Part shown: positions 48,627-61,352 of the stretch, piece by piece | How the letters are laid out: each line of letters opens with the position of its first letter | Numbering within the stretch: position 1 is the stretch's first letter | From: Takakia lepidozioides | Taxonomy: Eukaryota > Plantae > Bryophyta | Direction of reading: 5' to 3' | NCBI GenBank assembly: GCA_030704615.1 | Contig: CM060733.1 | Span: 60,636,001-60,700,000 of the forward strand | DNA: 64,000 nucleotides | Translations under genes and position numbers: made by a program | Notes under the pieces: generated by a model | Told to the model about the DNA's origin: nothing | Database searches by the model: none | Seen by the model: only the letters and a program-made list of their open reading frames with translations

Positions 48627-49971
48627 GTTGGCAGAATGCTGGGGTCCTCCATGTTTCGGGCAGCTTCTGTAGGGGCAGGTACTTAGTTGTTTTTGCGAGG
48701 CAAGTATGACGTTTCATCTACTTCAACCGAAAATGTTGGAGAAGAAAAAACCTGCGCACAAAATAATGATGGGAAAAAACGAAAAAACCACCTCTGACCA
48801 TAACGTGATGAAACGGTCAGGGCCGGGCCATTCTGCCCCCTTCGCTGCCCGGCCTGAAATTGTGTCTCGGCCCGTACATAATAGACGCAGCCCATCGGCA
48901 AACGGGTTCAGTTTGGCAGTTTGCTGCTCGAGAATTATTGGTGATGGGGGCCTGCATGTAGGTACGGGTTTCTTGATGGCCGTCCTTTCACTTAATAAAT
49001 TGTTACCAAATAAAGTGTGGATGGAATTATGCGATGATGAGCTTTCCAACTGACAAACAGCCTGCACTTCATGAGTAGCAACGACTTTCGTTGTCAAATT
49101 CTCAAAAGTCTTAGATTGTATACCTGGCCACATTTCTACAGAAAGAAAAGTTGTTTGTCATTTTGACACTGCAACTTATTCCTTCTCGTTCGAATCCAAT
49201 CAATAAATGCAAGGGTCCCAAATCTTGCCAAGGGATATTTCCGAAGGTAAGAAAAAGGGAGAGCGATGGAGCAGCCAGTGGGGAAGAAGGCTTAGGAGTG
49301 GCTGATAGTAGGAACCATGGTGCGGCATTGGGGTGGTAGGACCCCCTCACTTTGTCGCTGTGCTCTGCTGGAGTGCAGGGCCTGCACGAGGTTTTGGCTA
49401 TGCTCAAGCCCGCTAGAAAGCCCAGATGGAACAGTAACCATCATTAAATCAGTAGAAACCTCAATAAATAATATAGTAGACATGAAATCCATGGCAATAT
49501 TGGATACGCTGAGCAAGTAGGCTTCGTACTTTGTACCCCCATTTGTACTCATATTCAAGCAAGTTACAGATGGACTTTTGTAGTCTTGACAATCCGAAAT
49601 CACAAAAGCATGGTGTTCAGTCATCATTACAATAAAATGGACGAATCAAGTCCTGCAGCTTCACAATGGCAAGCCCAGATTTGAATAATATCCAATTCTG
49701 CAGAGTTGCAAATGGGAGTCTATTACAATGGTTCATGAAATACTAAGAGACAGCTACAGCCACAGCCATCCCGCACCCGCATCTGCGCTCTTCAAGAGTA
49801 TGTACATAAAAATGCGTGGAACTTGCAGGGCCCATTCATGGGCTCTAAACCAGCATACGTCATCAGTTTCAATCCAAAGATTCGTGGCCATGTCACTTAG
49901 TAGGAATAATCATGAGCTTTTAAGAATAACTTTCAGGCTGTTCTTAACAGCAGCCAAAGCTTGAACATTTG

Positions 49972-52900
49972 TCAAGCTTCAGTTGTCACGACGGCGGAGG
50001 CATAGCTTACGCTGCTATCATGAATGGTCTTACAATGGCTTGATTGCTCATACTGTAAAAATTTTATGCGCATCCTTGTTGCACAATGCTTCAACATCTG
50101 CACAAAGAGAGAGGCTCTTCAGACAAGTAGACGAAAAAGACCACTGATGTCCCCAACAAATGAGTAGTATAGACCCATATTGAAGGCTTTCCAACGAGAC
50201 CTAGTATCCATTATTCACACAATACAACCACTACCACACTAAAACTGACGTCCAATAGAGTATACAGGCAAAGAGACATAAACAGGCTTGCAAACGCACA
50301 TTAAGTTCCTTCACGATCAGCAAGGGCAAGGAGGTAGTGAAAGCTTACATGAAGAAAAACACCAATTGGGTGCCGCCCGCAGATGGTGTTGTCAAACTCA
50401 ACAAGGTAGTCGTGAAAGGTATCTGGGTTGCCTGATTCAATGATGTCCATACCACTCTGGTCCAGGGCCTCAATCGACTTGTAAATTGCACCCCGTTTCT
50501 TCTCATAGTAAGTGTAGTTGAATCTGCAACCTTATGTTTCTATATCAGAATCACATTCAAAAGACAGATCTTAGCATCTTCCAAAGCCAAGCCACATTAC
50601 CCAAATCAAACAGAATCTCACAGTCTGTCGTGTAACTGTCAAAAAGTGCCTTTACTGGAGCCTCCCTCTCACATTAACTTTAGGTCTTCTATCTGCATAG
50701 TATGAACTTTCACACCAGACTGATCCCTAAATTAAGACCCAACTTTCTTGCAAAAAAGAGGTTTCCTTGACACTAATTCCAAGCCAGAACCAATATGGTT
50801 CAGCTCTCAGCCTCACTATAACACCAGTTTGTACAGTTGCAGTTCAAGGTTGGGACTTCCACCCATTCCCACTCCAGAAGACAGTTGCCTATGGTTCGAG
50901 ACCGAATTTTTGAGCATATATGAGACAATTGTACAGTATTGAACAATTGTTTAGTTCCAGGCAGGGTCGGGGATACTGCTAGTGCCGTGGAAGTAGGTGA
51001 TGATTGCTGACACAACTCCCATTGTTCTCAAGAGCTGCTTGAACTGCTGATCTCAAACAAGTTAAAAGCTCTCCTAGATACTCACTTTAAGAAGAGTGAA
51101 CCCATCTTTTCTTTTTCTCAGGAAGGAAAACAAGAGTTCTCTATTGAGATCCTGACTGGATATGTGGGGATTAACACATGCACTGCATATACTGCATAGA
51201 AATATGCAGCATACCGAATGCTATCAATACATCCATGTTAGCGAAAGCCCTATAAGCGCTAACGGCCAATGACAAACTGCACAGGAGTCTACAATATCCA
51301 CCATAGACGTGCTCCCAGTGTTAACATATTCACATACCCGGTACATACATGAATACCACGGATACGAGAAAGACAGGTGCTGTGAAACTGTGCCTGTAAA
51401 AATGCAGGATTTTGATGCTACGGTTGGGGTTGGGGCCTCCCTCCCATGCGTGAGCATACACTCTGCATTGGTGTACTACGCATTTGGACATATGACAAGT
51501 GCTGTCTTTCTTAGCTTCCCATTAAGCCAGTGATGCCACCATACTTAGCAAAAATTCTGTTTTCTTTAGAGAGTATTCTAAGGGATGATATCTGAGAGGT
51601 CAGCATTTTACCGGGATCCCCAGTGGCAGAAGTCAGATGAGACTGAGAAGAAGTTGGATGGATCATCCAGGTACTTGGCTAGCAAGCGCCCATACATGGC
51701 CTCAGTTTCCGGGGTTGCAGCCCCCACCAGAATTGGAACAATCTTTACCGGGAACCTTCAATGCCCAACCACACAATTCAATTCCCTGGACAAGTTAAGA
51801 TGACCTTATCAAGTACCAGTCTTACACAAGTTTTTTAAAGGTGAGAGTCACTTGGGCTGAAACCTCATCACTGACAGGTTGCAGTTTTTACTGGGCTGAG
51901 TAGAGTTGGAGATGTAGAGTTGAATTCAAAGGCCAATAATCTTCATACTTCTGCTCAGGCTATGGCAGGAGTACTAAGTTGAGCTTCATTCTTCAAAAAT
52001 GCAAAACAATGAGGACAACTCACGGTCATAAAGGTGCAGGAGCACGTACCCCTTGAAGACTCTGGCAATATATGGTAAGTGCATCTCCATACTGTGTTCA
52101 GCCTCATCAACGCTGAGATCCATCTCTTCGAACTTCCGGGTAGCCCGTAGCTCTTGGTAGACTGTGATCACAATGGTGAAGATTTGGATGTGATGGCAGT
52201 TGAAGAAACACGGGTAGAGGTCCAGGTCGCTTGCCACTTACCATGAACCCACGGATATAAATTTGACCTCCACAATCTAGAAGATTGACATCTCACATTT
52301 GGAAATACACAGAAGATGAGATCATTGAGATTCTCCCCTCTCAAGAAAGACCATAAGAAATACGTTGTGTGGGAGATGCTTGATGGAGAGCAGAAGAAGG
52401 GATAGGAATTTGTGGATATGCTAGAACCTACTCTGTATTATTTGCAAGAGAGTTTCTACCCCTAAACATCACAAAAGCTGAACCCGCCAATATCCCCTAT
52501 CTGGTCCCAGCATTGACAGCTAACATTGATTGAGACAGAAACCCAGACCAGGTTCCGCTTGTCTGTTACCTTCGAGATCTATGGGGAGGTCTCCAAGGGG
52601 AGTCTTGTAAACAGTCGCAGTTGATAGTGCACACTTGCGTGTGAAGTGATGATGTGACGGTCCTAGAAGAAACACACGTGATCTGGGGGCCCCTTACCCA
52701 ACACATATCAACCGGCAGACAAAAAATTTAGCAGCAGAGGACATCTTGAAACTTGTCATCATGCATACAAAACAGTTGATATCTATTTGGAATAAGATAA
52801 ACAACAAAAGTGGGAAAGTGCCATGCTAGATTACAGAGAGAATGGTGTATCACTACTGCTTTGCCATCGTCATAATCTCAGCATGCAACTGCCAAAGGTC

Positions 52901-54939
52901 CAGCAGAGGCACTGGCATCCCATTGCAAGATTAAGATTTTAGTCCAGCTAGTCTCACATATTGTCCAAATGAGAAAACGCATATACTGATATAAAAAGAG
53001 ACGTAGAGAAGCTCACATGCGTTGTGGGTCAATATTTGCAAAAGCAAATGCAGCACAACGTCCTGAATACCGATAACCTGCATGGCTGTTATTTTGCATA
53101 ATGTCGCAACAACTGTCAGTAAGAAACAACGGTTGACTTGCCGAGTTCATATGAAAGTGGGGGACTGATACATCAGTCATATCATCCATTCATCACTCTG
53201 CCCCCCTAGTCGTCTTCAACAATGTACCCTCTATTTCTTCTTTTTCTCCACTTAGCCTATAAACTTCTTTAGGTTTAAATTTGCATCCTTGACTGTAATC
53301 ATAGTAAAATAACCTAACTTGTACTTCCACAGATTTCTCATGTACTCATCATTGTCTAAACTAGCAAAGAGCAGCAAGGAGACATTACAGAACATTATGA
53401 GTCAATCAACCATTACCACATGACTAATATCAAGGCAAAAAGACTACATACAATCAACCTTCAACACGAAAGTGACCGAGTCTTTCCTTACAATACTTGT
53501 GTTGGTCAGTCTCTTAACCAAAGATAAACATGAGCAAGCCTTACTTACGGGGCAATCACAGCACGTACATACAATCAACCTCCAACACGAAAGTGACCGA
53601 GTCTTTCCTTACAATACTTGTGTTGGTCAGTCTCTTAACCAAAGATAAACATGAGCAAGCCTTACTTACGGGGCAATCACAGCACGTGCGCTTGAGCTCT
53701 TTGGCAGTCCTGAGGACTGCAACCATTGGTCCAACTCCTGCCCCAGCTCTTTTGCTGCGCAGCTCCACCAAAATTCCAATTTTTAGGTACATACTAGGGC
53801 CGCCTTCCATTAGGAGCATAATATAAGAGTTCAATATCAGAATTTCGGTATTTGTTGTTGGCTCTGCTACTGGGGGAGCTATGGAAGTCTGTATGACACT
53901 TGAGAGTGCTGAAGGGCTGGATGCACCTTGAAGCCCTGATCAAATTCCCTACTTCGCATATTTACTTTTGCAAAGAATGGATTCTTAGGACAGTGGACCA
54001 AAACACCATCCTGTGTATGTAGATGTGTTAACTTAGACAGCTAGTGCACGAGAGAAAGATAGGCTCATCTAGCCTACAACGATTCTCTCTTCCAATTCCA
54101 GATGCGCATACAGTCAAGTTTTGTCTGTCTGTAGTACCGGAAAGTTCATGCAGCAGATACATCTAAAGACACAGTCAAGCCCATGGTGCTCGGAAGAAAG
54201 CAAGTGAACAAATGATACAAGTGGACGTGAAAATCTGTCTTGTTTAGCAGATATCAAGAAGAAGACAAAAAATAATCTTGGCAAGGACAGAGTAAAACAA
54301 CAACGACAAGTACCACCACTATCAGAATACAGGGACAATAGTGACCCTAAGACGTTGAACTCTCGAGTTCAACCAAAGCCAGCACTCAACAACATCAAAA
54401 GAAAGGTGAAGATGGAGAGGCAGAGGGAAGAGAAAGTGGTACGATCCCACTTGCTCCTGCTCGTCTGGTGTGTAAGGGAGAGGGAGAGGTATGAAAATGC
54501 GTTCCAGACCATACACAGCCACAACAAATTAAATTTGAAGGGAGTCAGACATAACTATCATCTTGCGTTCGTCCATCAGATGGATTCAGGATTTGACGCG
54601 ACAATTTCTAGGGAAATCTTGGGGTAGAACCTCGTGAAATCATGATCCAGCTCGTCTAATTCCAGGAATTAAACACTCTCTTGGACCTTCCATAGGGCCA
54701 TCGAAGGAGCAACAGACCCACTCCTTCCCTTAATCGGAATATCTCCACCAGAACGACATTTCCTCTCCCAATCTGAAACCGTTGCTTGAGCCATCCAAAA
54801 CTCACCTACGCTCAACACTAAGATCTCCTTTCTCCTTTCCTGCTGATCCCAAACAGAGAGAGAACCCCAAAAAACATTCGGAAGTTTTACCGTTTTCAGA
54901 ATACCAGGAGCCAGCATGTGAAGCCTCTCGGCACGCCAT
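49972..54939 (-). CDS. MEMO1: MEMO1 family protein
   Basis: Eight exons 54939-54891, 53754-53670, 53085-53017, 52682-52570, 52161-52050, 51755-51612, 50523-50349, 50097-49972; REASHAGSWY, IAPHAGY, LGPSHH, EHSMEMHLP, SSDFCHWG, NTICGRHPI, SSVSYAS. Confidence 0.93.
53445..53686. repeat. 121-bp tandem duplication spanning the MEMO1 exon 2 donor site
   Basis: 53445-53565 and 53566-53686 differ at one position. Confidence 0.95.
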
Positions 54940-55369
54940 CGCCTGCTCCTTGAGATGTGGCGATGGTGACGACCCAGTGAGCAACCCACAAACAGCAGCC
55001 TTCTCTCTTCGCCCTCACCGCATGCTCGCCGGGAGGCAAACGTTTCGTCGGATCTGTGCAACGAAGCTGGACGTGTGCTCCCAATCTCACGATTCGTCCA
55101 TTAGTGAGCCAAGAAATAGACGAAGGTGATGGCCCTTCGACTGAATAAAGTTATCGTCGGAATATTTCGTTTGTCTTTTTTTTCTCTTTTTTTCTTTTTT
55201 TCTTTTTTTTCTTTTTTTAAGAAAAGGGGACAACGGCCCTGGAACTTAACTTTATTAAAGACCGTGTTATTCCCTGTACAAACGTACAAACTACAAAGCT
55301 CCTAACCCTAACATAGTTATTCTTCTTCGTCCTCCGTGAAGAAGAGGAGAGGAGGAGGAGAAAGGCAGC
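54940..55369. promoter_or_regulatory. Probable bidirectional promoter/5' UTR region MEMO1-SEC11
   Basis: Divergent ATGs only 430 bp apart, central poly(T) tract 55170-55220. Confidence 0.55.
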
Positions 55370-58300
55370 ATGGGGATGGTGGGAGATGCAATTGCAGCGG
55401 TCCGAGGAACTAACATCAGGCATGTCGCGTTGCAAGCTATTAGCCTCGGTACCATCCCTTTTTCCCTTTCCCTGGATTTTCAACAATTTTGCAAAGCAGA
55501 CCATTCATTCTGCGACGTCTAGAACCTGTGTGTTTCCGTAGTGTGCCGTCTACAATCGCTTTTGCTCGTCTCTATCTGGGGAATTCTCTGTAGTGGTCCT
55601 GAATACCAGAATATTTTGACCGTTCCATGGGCAACTGGTCCGATCCTTGACTATCAGAAGTCGAATTCAGCAAATTAGAGCGTTTGGATGGATTCGTTTT
55701 GCGCTTTCTTCTTCCTTGACTTTGAGCTGAAGGAAAGGGGTGTAGATGTATGCTGTCGTGAATATGGCGCTGAGATGCCTGGGATAGTGGTCAATTTTCT
55801 CAGTGTTTATTGTGCGCTCGACTACTAGCTATGGACCACCTGCCTGCCTATAGGGCCACAGGGGTGGGGCACGACCATTAGCAGCTGCCAGAGTCTCCAA
55901 AATTTTCCTCGAGAGCCAATACTCGATATAATCAACCCTGCGTTTGCCACCAAACTGGAACAACTGAAAAACATGCGCGTGGACCTCTGCCACTGCGCTG
56001 AAAGTAGCGCACCTACGTGATGGGGTGGGGCTGAGTGTGTGTGAAGAGAGAGAGAGAGCTTTTGCTGTGGTGATGTTGAAAATGTGCAGAATTGCTTTGA
56101 AGCAAAATTCTGGAAGGTGCCAACATGCTTGCTATTTGTTGGGGTTCGGGACATGCAGGAATGATCGTAACATCAGCTCTTATCATTTGGAAGGGGCTAA
56201 TGTGTTTTACCGGGAGTGAGTCTCCTGTTGTTGTCGTGCTCTCAGGCAGCATGGAGCCTGGGTTCAGAAGGGTGGGTTATATCTCACCATTCTCTCTCTC
56301 AACCCTAGAACTGTACCAGGGAGTCCTTTCCAGCCAATTGTAAGCTTCTGCTCCCGGCACCTGCCATTGGTTCAAATAAATCCTACCAAGTGTCACTGCA
56401 AAGACACTGTCAATTTCAGCAAAAGGTAAGCCTATCTATGACTGCTAATTAAGTGTTGGCTTGCAACAGCCTGGCAACATTTCACCCAGGACTTGTTTGG
56501 TGCAGAGCCCTTCCCTGGGTTTTCAGCCACAAGGGTGTGTGTTTGTGTGGGGATTTAGAACGGGGCCACATGCTTACACCCAGTTCAGTATTATTTGTGG
56601 ACAAAGCCCTGGTGCAATGGGGTGGACTGGATGGAAGAAGAAAAGAATACAGAGTGATGGAAGAAGAACACTGTATCTTGCAAGAAATTAGTGACAGGAG
56701 TGACGTTTCCTTGACATATCTACTCATCACACCTGTTTGTGTGTGGTTGTGATGCCAGGGTGATATCCTTTTCCTGCACATGAGCAAAGCCCCAATCCGT
56801 ACTGGGGAGATTGTTGTCTTCCATGTTGATGTATGGTTCATAACTCTTCTTTGTGACAGTATGCCTGAACGAAGATTGTATTGCCCATTTCCATGAGAAG
56901 GTCTATTGACTGAGGTTAGTATATCACCATCAGTTGCCAGGCATCGCAGTTAAGTCAACTTTGTTGTGAGCTGCAGGGTATCACAGGGTCTAGATTCATA
57001 GCCATAAGTTGTCGTGTCCAGAGATGCTCCTATTGCGTTGTAGTAGTAGGCACTCTTAAGCTTGAGGTGACATGAACTTGGGGACAGACCTGTTAGCACT
57101 GTAGAAGATCCACAGCTGATGTTTGCCCATCTCTTCCCGGGCATTTATTGCAGGGCCGTGATATCCCTATTGTACATCGTGTAATCAAGGTGAGTTTCTG
57201 TCTGTCTCTTTGCAAGGTGCTCTTTCTGTTCTAATCAAGGGACTGAGCCTTACTCTGTTCGTCTTTTTGCAAGACAGTGTGCTTGTGGTCTCGTTCCTTT
57301 GTATTGGTCATGGTGGTGGGTGATCCTTTCCCAATGATAGTTTCATCTTGTCTAACAGAAAGGCCTTAACCTAACGGTCCCAAGGGCTGCGGACGAACTT
57401 GTCCTTCGGCTTACTGGTTACTTGTGCTGTTGCATGTGTGTCTTCATCCTGTCCTATGTAAACCTAGACACACAATCACTGACGACAGATGTAATTTCCT
57501 AGTTACCAGTCAATCCAGAGAGGGGTGCCTTGCTGTAGGCAGTCTGTGTAGAGGAGATTGCCTGTACAGTTCAACGTTGGCCCTATGTACATTTCAGAAG
57601 GTACTCAAATATGAGCTTGTGGATGGTTGAAGGTACATGAGAAAGTTGAGACGGGCAATGTTGAAGTCCTCACGAAAGGTGATTTTCTTGACTTCTGGTT
57701 ATGAGCAACCAATTCAATCTTGGCTTTCGACTTTTGATTAAGAGATATGAACAAATTGTGAAGATATAAATTTGTCATCGCGGATGTATTTGTGTCTAGG
57801 GCATGCAAGTCAATTAGATGATGCAGCCCAACACCTATTATTGCCATGATGTGCCAAATTTATCTTTGTAGTTGTAGCATCAGGCCTTTTTCCTCTGCAA
57901 AGTGAATCCTTCTAAGATGTCATGGACGAGAGTGTCCATATCCACCAGGTCCCTTGTAGCAAGTTTGGTCATGAATTTTGTAAGCGATTGTTATTGAAAT
58001 ATCCTTCAGCAGTTAATGTGTAGTGTGTATTACAGGGGACAACAATTTGGGTGATGACCGACTTCTCTATGCACATGGCCAGTTGTGGCTTCAACGACAT
58101 CATATTATGGGGCGAGCTGTTGGGTAAATCTTTCATCGTTCCTCTGGTTTTGTGATCATCGGTCTAAAAGTCATGTGTATTGGAGCTTCTGCATCTTCAA
58201 TCTTTTATGAGTTGTTTCTAATATGCCAAATGTGGGTGATGGCATCTGCAGGTTTCTACCATATGTTGGTTGGGTTACTATTGTTATGACGGAAAAGCCT

Positions 58301-58598
58301 TACATCAAGGTTGGTATGAAGTATTTTGCCTTGTATTTTTCCCGTTTATTCTGCATTTGGAAGCATCATGACTTAAAATTTCATCTGGTGAATCAGGCCA
58401 GTCTAGCAGCTTGGCTATTGAAGATACCAATATGCAGGAGTTTTGTCCAGTCAACCCCTAACATGGAATGGAAGAAAAAGAAGAGAATATTTGCCAAGTT
58501 TTGAAGTATGACAGTTGATTGGCTTTTCTGTTTCCCTGTTGTGGCAGTACATATTGATTGGAGCGCTTGGGTTGTTGGTCATAACATCCAAAGAGTAA
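55370..58598 (+). CDS. SEC11: Signal peptidase complex catalytic subunit SEC11
   Basis: Exons 55370-55448, 56159-56271, 56759-56830, 57154-57189, 57633-57678, 58036-58123, 58252-58309, 58548-58598; [44 protein letters not shown]. Confidence 0.95.
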
Positions 58599-61352
58599 GG
58601 GTTCTTTTGATGCCCGCTCTGATTACTTGAAAGAAAGAGCGAACCGTGTAGGTATACATGGGCTCCACATTCTTCGTGTGGTTGTTTCCACCCTCCCGTT
58701 CTCAACCTCTGAAGGTGCCATCTTTTCCCCTGTGGCGATGGATGGCTTCCGGTTGCTTACCTTGAACAGGGGGGCAAGCATTAATGCAAACAGCTTTAAA
58801 ACTCATAGATTCTTGGGAAGAACTCTGCTCTGGAGTTTCGAAGTTGTAGTGTGTCACAATGCTCCAGGGACAGGAGGTCAGCTTCTGTTGCCAATTTAGA
58901 CTAAATATTTTTGATGCATGCTGAGTAGAGGAAAGCCATTTGTTCTTTGTTTCTTGGTCCCACCAATAAGCGAGGGTGTGACTGTTACCAGTTTTCTGGA
59001 TTTGATGGCTTGGTTGCCATCAAGGACTGTTCCACATACATTCATTGTTTCCCTCAAGGCAGCCATGCCACTCTCCTTGTGGGTGCTGCCTCGCACTTCT
59101 TGAGCAGGGAAAATTAAATAAGGTTTAAGGATTCAAGGATCCACATTTTTTCGTGGTAGGTGGAGTATGATGTGCATAGCTTCTTGCAAGCTTTCTGGCC
59201 CAATTGAACCATACCCCAGGGTCCAGCTTCTTGATACGGTGGGGAGCCATGTTGATGGTCCTTCTGGCCCCATAGGAAGACCAAGTAGCTGACAGCATTC
59301 TTACTCCACATTTTGTACATACAGTATATTATATGCAATCGGGTCAAAGATTCTCAGCCTTTCCCAACAGAGAGCCTCCATGTGGAGGAGGGTTGAGTTT
59401 TCGTAAAAAGTCACCGTGTGCAGTTTCAAATGAATCTCAACCCCTACAGGTTCCCGTGAAAGAATTCTGGTCATGTCGCTTTTCTGAGACAGGCATTCAC
59501 TGCCATCACAAATGTATAGCAGTGTGTCTCCCAAACAGTCACCAGCTTTGAAGATACACTTGCTACACAGAAAACACTGCACTTTATAATCTTGATGAGC
59601 ATCATTTATCTTATGTCCTTCAGCTATGAAGAATGGTTCTTGAATAGAGTTTACGACACGTAGAACACCTGACAAATTGTTGAAGTCCTGAGAGCCTTTG
59701 GCTGTGCACAGTATACATTCTACTCCAGGGATTGACAATTATAATTAGCTCATATCTGAGAATGCTTGATGGCAGGTGGTTGTTTCTAGACTTGGTCCTC
59801 TTTGCCATCTCTGTACTGTGTGGCGCACTTATGTTGTTATGGGGCAGAGCATGAAGATTGAAGACTGTATTGTGCTGGGTAGCTGAGCTACCGTGCATAT
59901 GACCCTCTCTTGGGATAATAATCATTAAGATGTCGTCCTAGAATGACAAGGCAGTTTCAGACCGCAGCTTCAGACAGAGGCAGGTGAACATCATATTGTT
60001 GCAGGCTATCAGCACTTGCATTTTCGGACTTCAATCCTTCCATAAAGATGTTGCAAGTGAAGTGATCTTGCCTGGCGTGGAACTACCTAACCCATTTTTG
60101 TAACAATTCAATTCTTTACGTCAGAGTACCTCGCATGTTCGCAGAGCTTGTTACCAAACAGGTATGACATTGCTCACATTGTACATAGCGTCAAATGCAC
60201 ATTTCCCACTGATTTTGTGAAGTGTGAGTGACCGAACCATTTCAAAACTGCTTAGCAATCTCAATTTCACAATGCCTCATGCATGGGTCACTTCTCCAGC
60301 AGCTGCTCAGCCCCCTGCCCCTTGCATTAGGTTCTGTGCATTTGATGTTGGCATAACAGATTGGCTGTGGGTGGGTGGGGGGTACTAACTTCCACATTCA
60401 GGCCTTATCAAGGGCGCTGCAGTTGCCACAACAGCTTTGAAACAAATCCATGAGGGCATCATGTGAGCAGGCTAGTGTTTTGAGCACCAACTCCCCCTCA
60501 CAGATCTACCAAATCTTTATCCTTTAGTAAAAACCTCTGCTTCATGCAAATGACGCAAATGAGCAAGGTCCCCAATGCTGCAAAAATGTTTGAGTGAGGC
60601 CATGATCTTGACTCAATACAATAGAGCCAGAAGTATTCAAAATTCATTCACTAGGGCAACTAGGTGCATGGAAAGAGAATCAAGGTCATTACCTTGAATA
60701 TCTGACTTCACACATTCCATCTTTCAAATGCAATTCACAATGAAATCAAGGGCAACATAAAGAACTGCACTGTTTTTATTTCACATTATACTTTTGTAAA
60801 GGCATGCTTGCTTATTTCGAGTGTTACTTTGCGGCTTCACAAGCTTGAACACCCCCTGGTCAGAGAGTGAAACATCGGGGCCGGGAGCATGGAACTGTTG
60901 GTCCCACTGTGTTGCCATAGGGTGAAACGCAATTCGTCCATTCAATGAGTCCACTAGAATTCATGTAAGGCCAATCAATAGGAGTTTGAAAGTCGTGTAT
61001 GTTCAGCATAAGAGATTCCCCTAGGAGTAACAGGAGGATCACCATGCACCTCATAACCCCCATTGAGCCCACTTAGTACTAGGTCTTCTCCAAAGTTATG
61101 GGCAGTCTCATATCATCTAGGTTCACAGGTTCCAAATGAATGAATATTGCTGAAATAATGGTGAATGCAATCCAAGCTTTGAAGGAGCATTTTCTCGACC
61201 CTTTCCTGCAGTTTTCAGCCCATGAAATGTAAGATTCAACAACCCAGCATGCAGGTCCCGGCGTGCTGCAGCTCAAAACAACATTCCTCGTGTGCCCAAC
61301 AAAAGTAGCTGTGAGCTAGGATGGTGGCATTATTGTCCCAGTTGCAAAAGGT

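Noticed and set aside
48683-49627. Several 60-136 aa ORFs downstream of MEMO1
   Set aside because: No homology recognised and no exon structure.
58600-61350. Short ORFs between SEC11 and RAY1
   Set aside because: No recognisable product; treated as UTR/intergenic.
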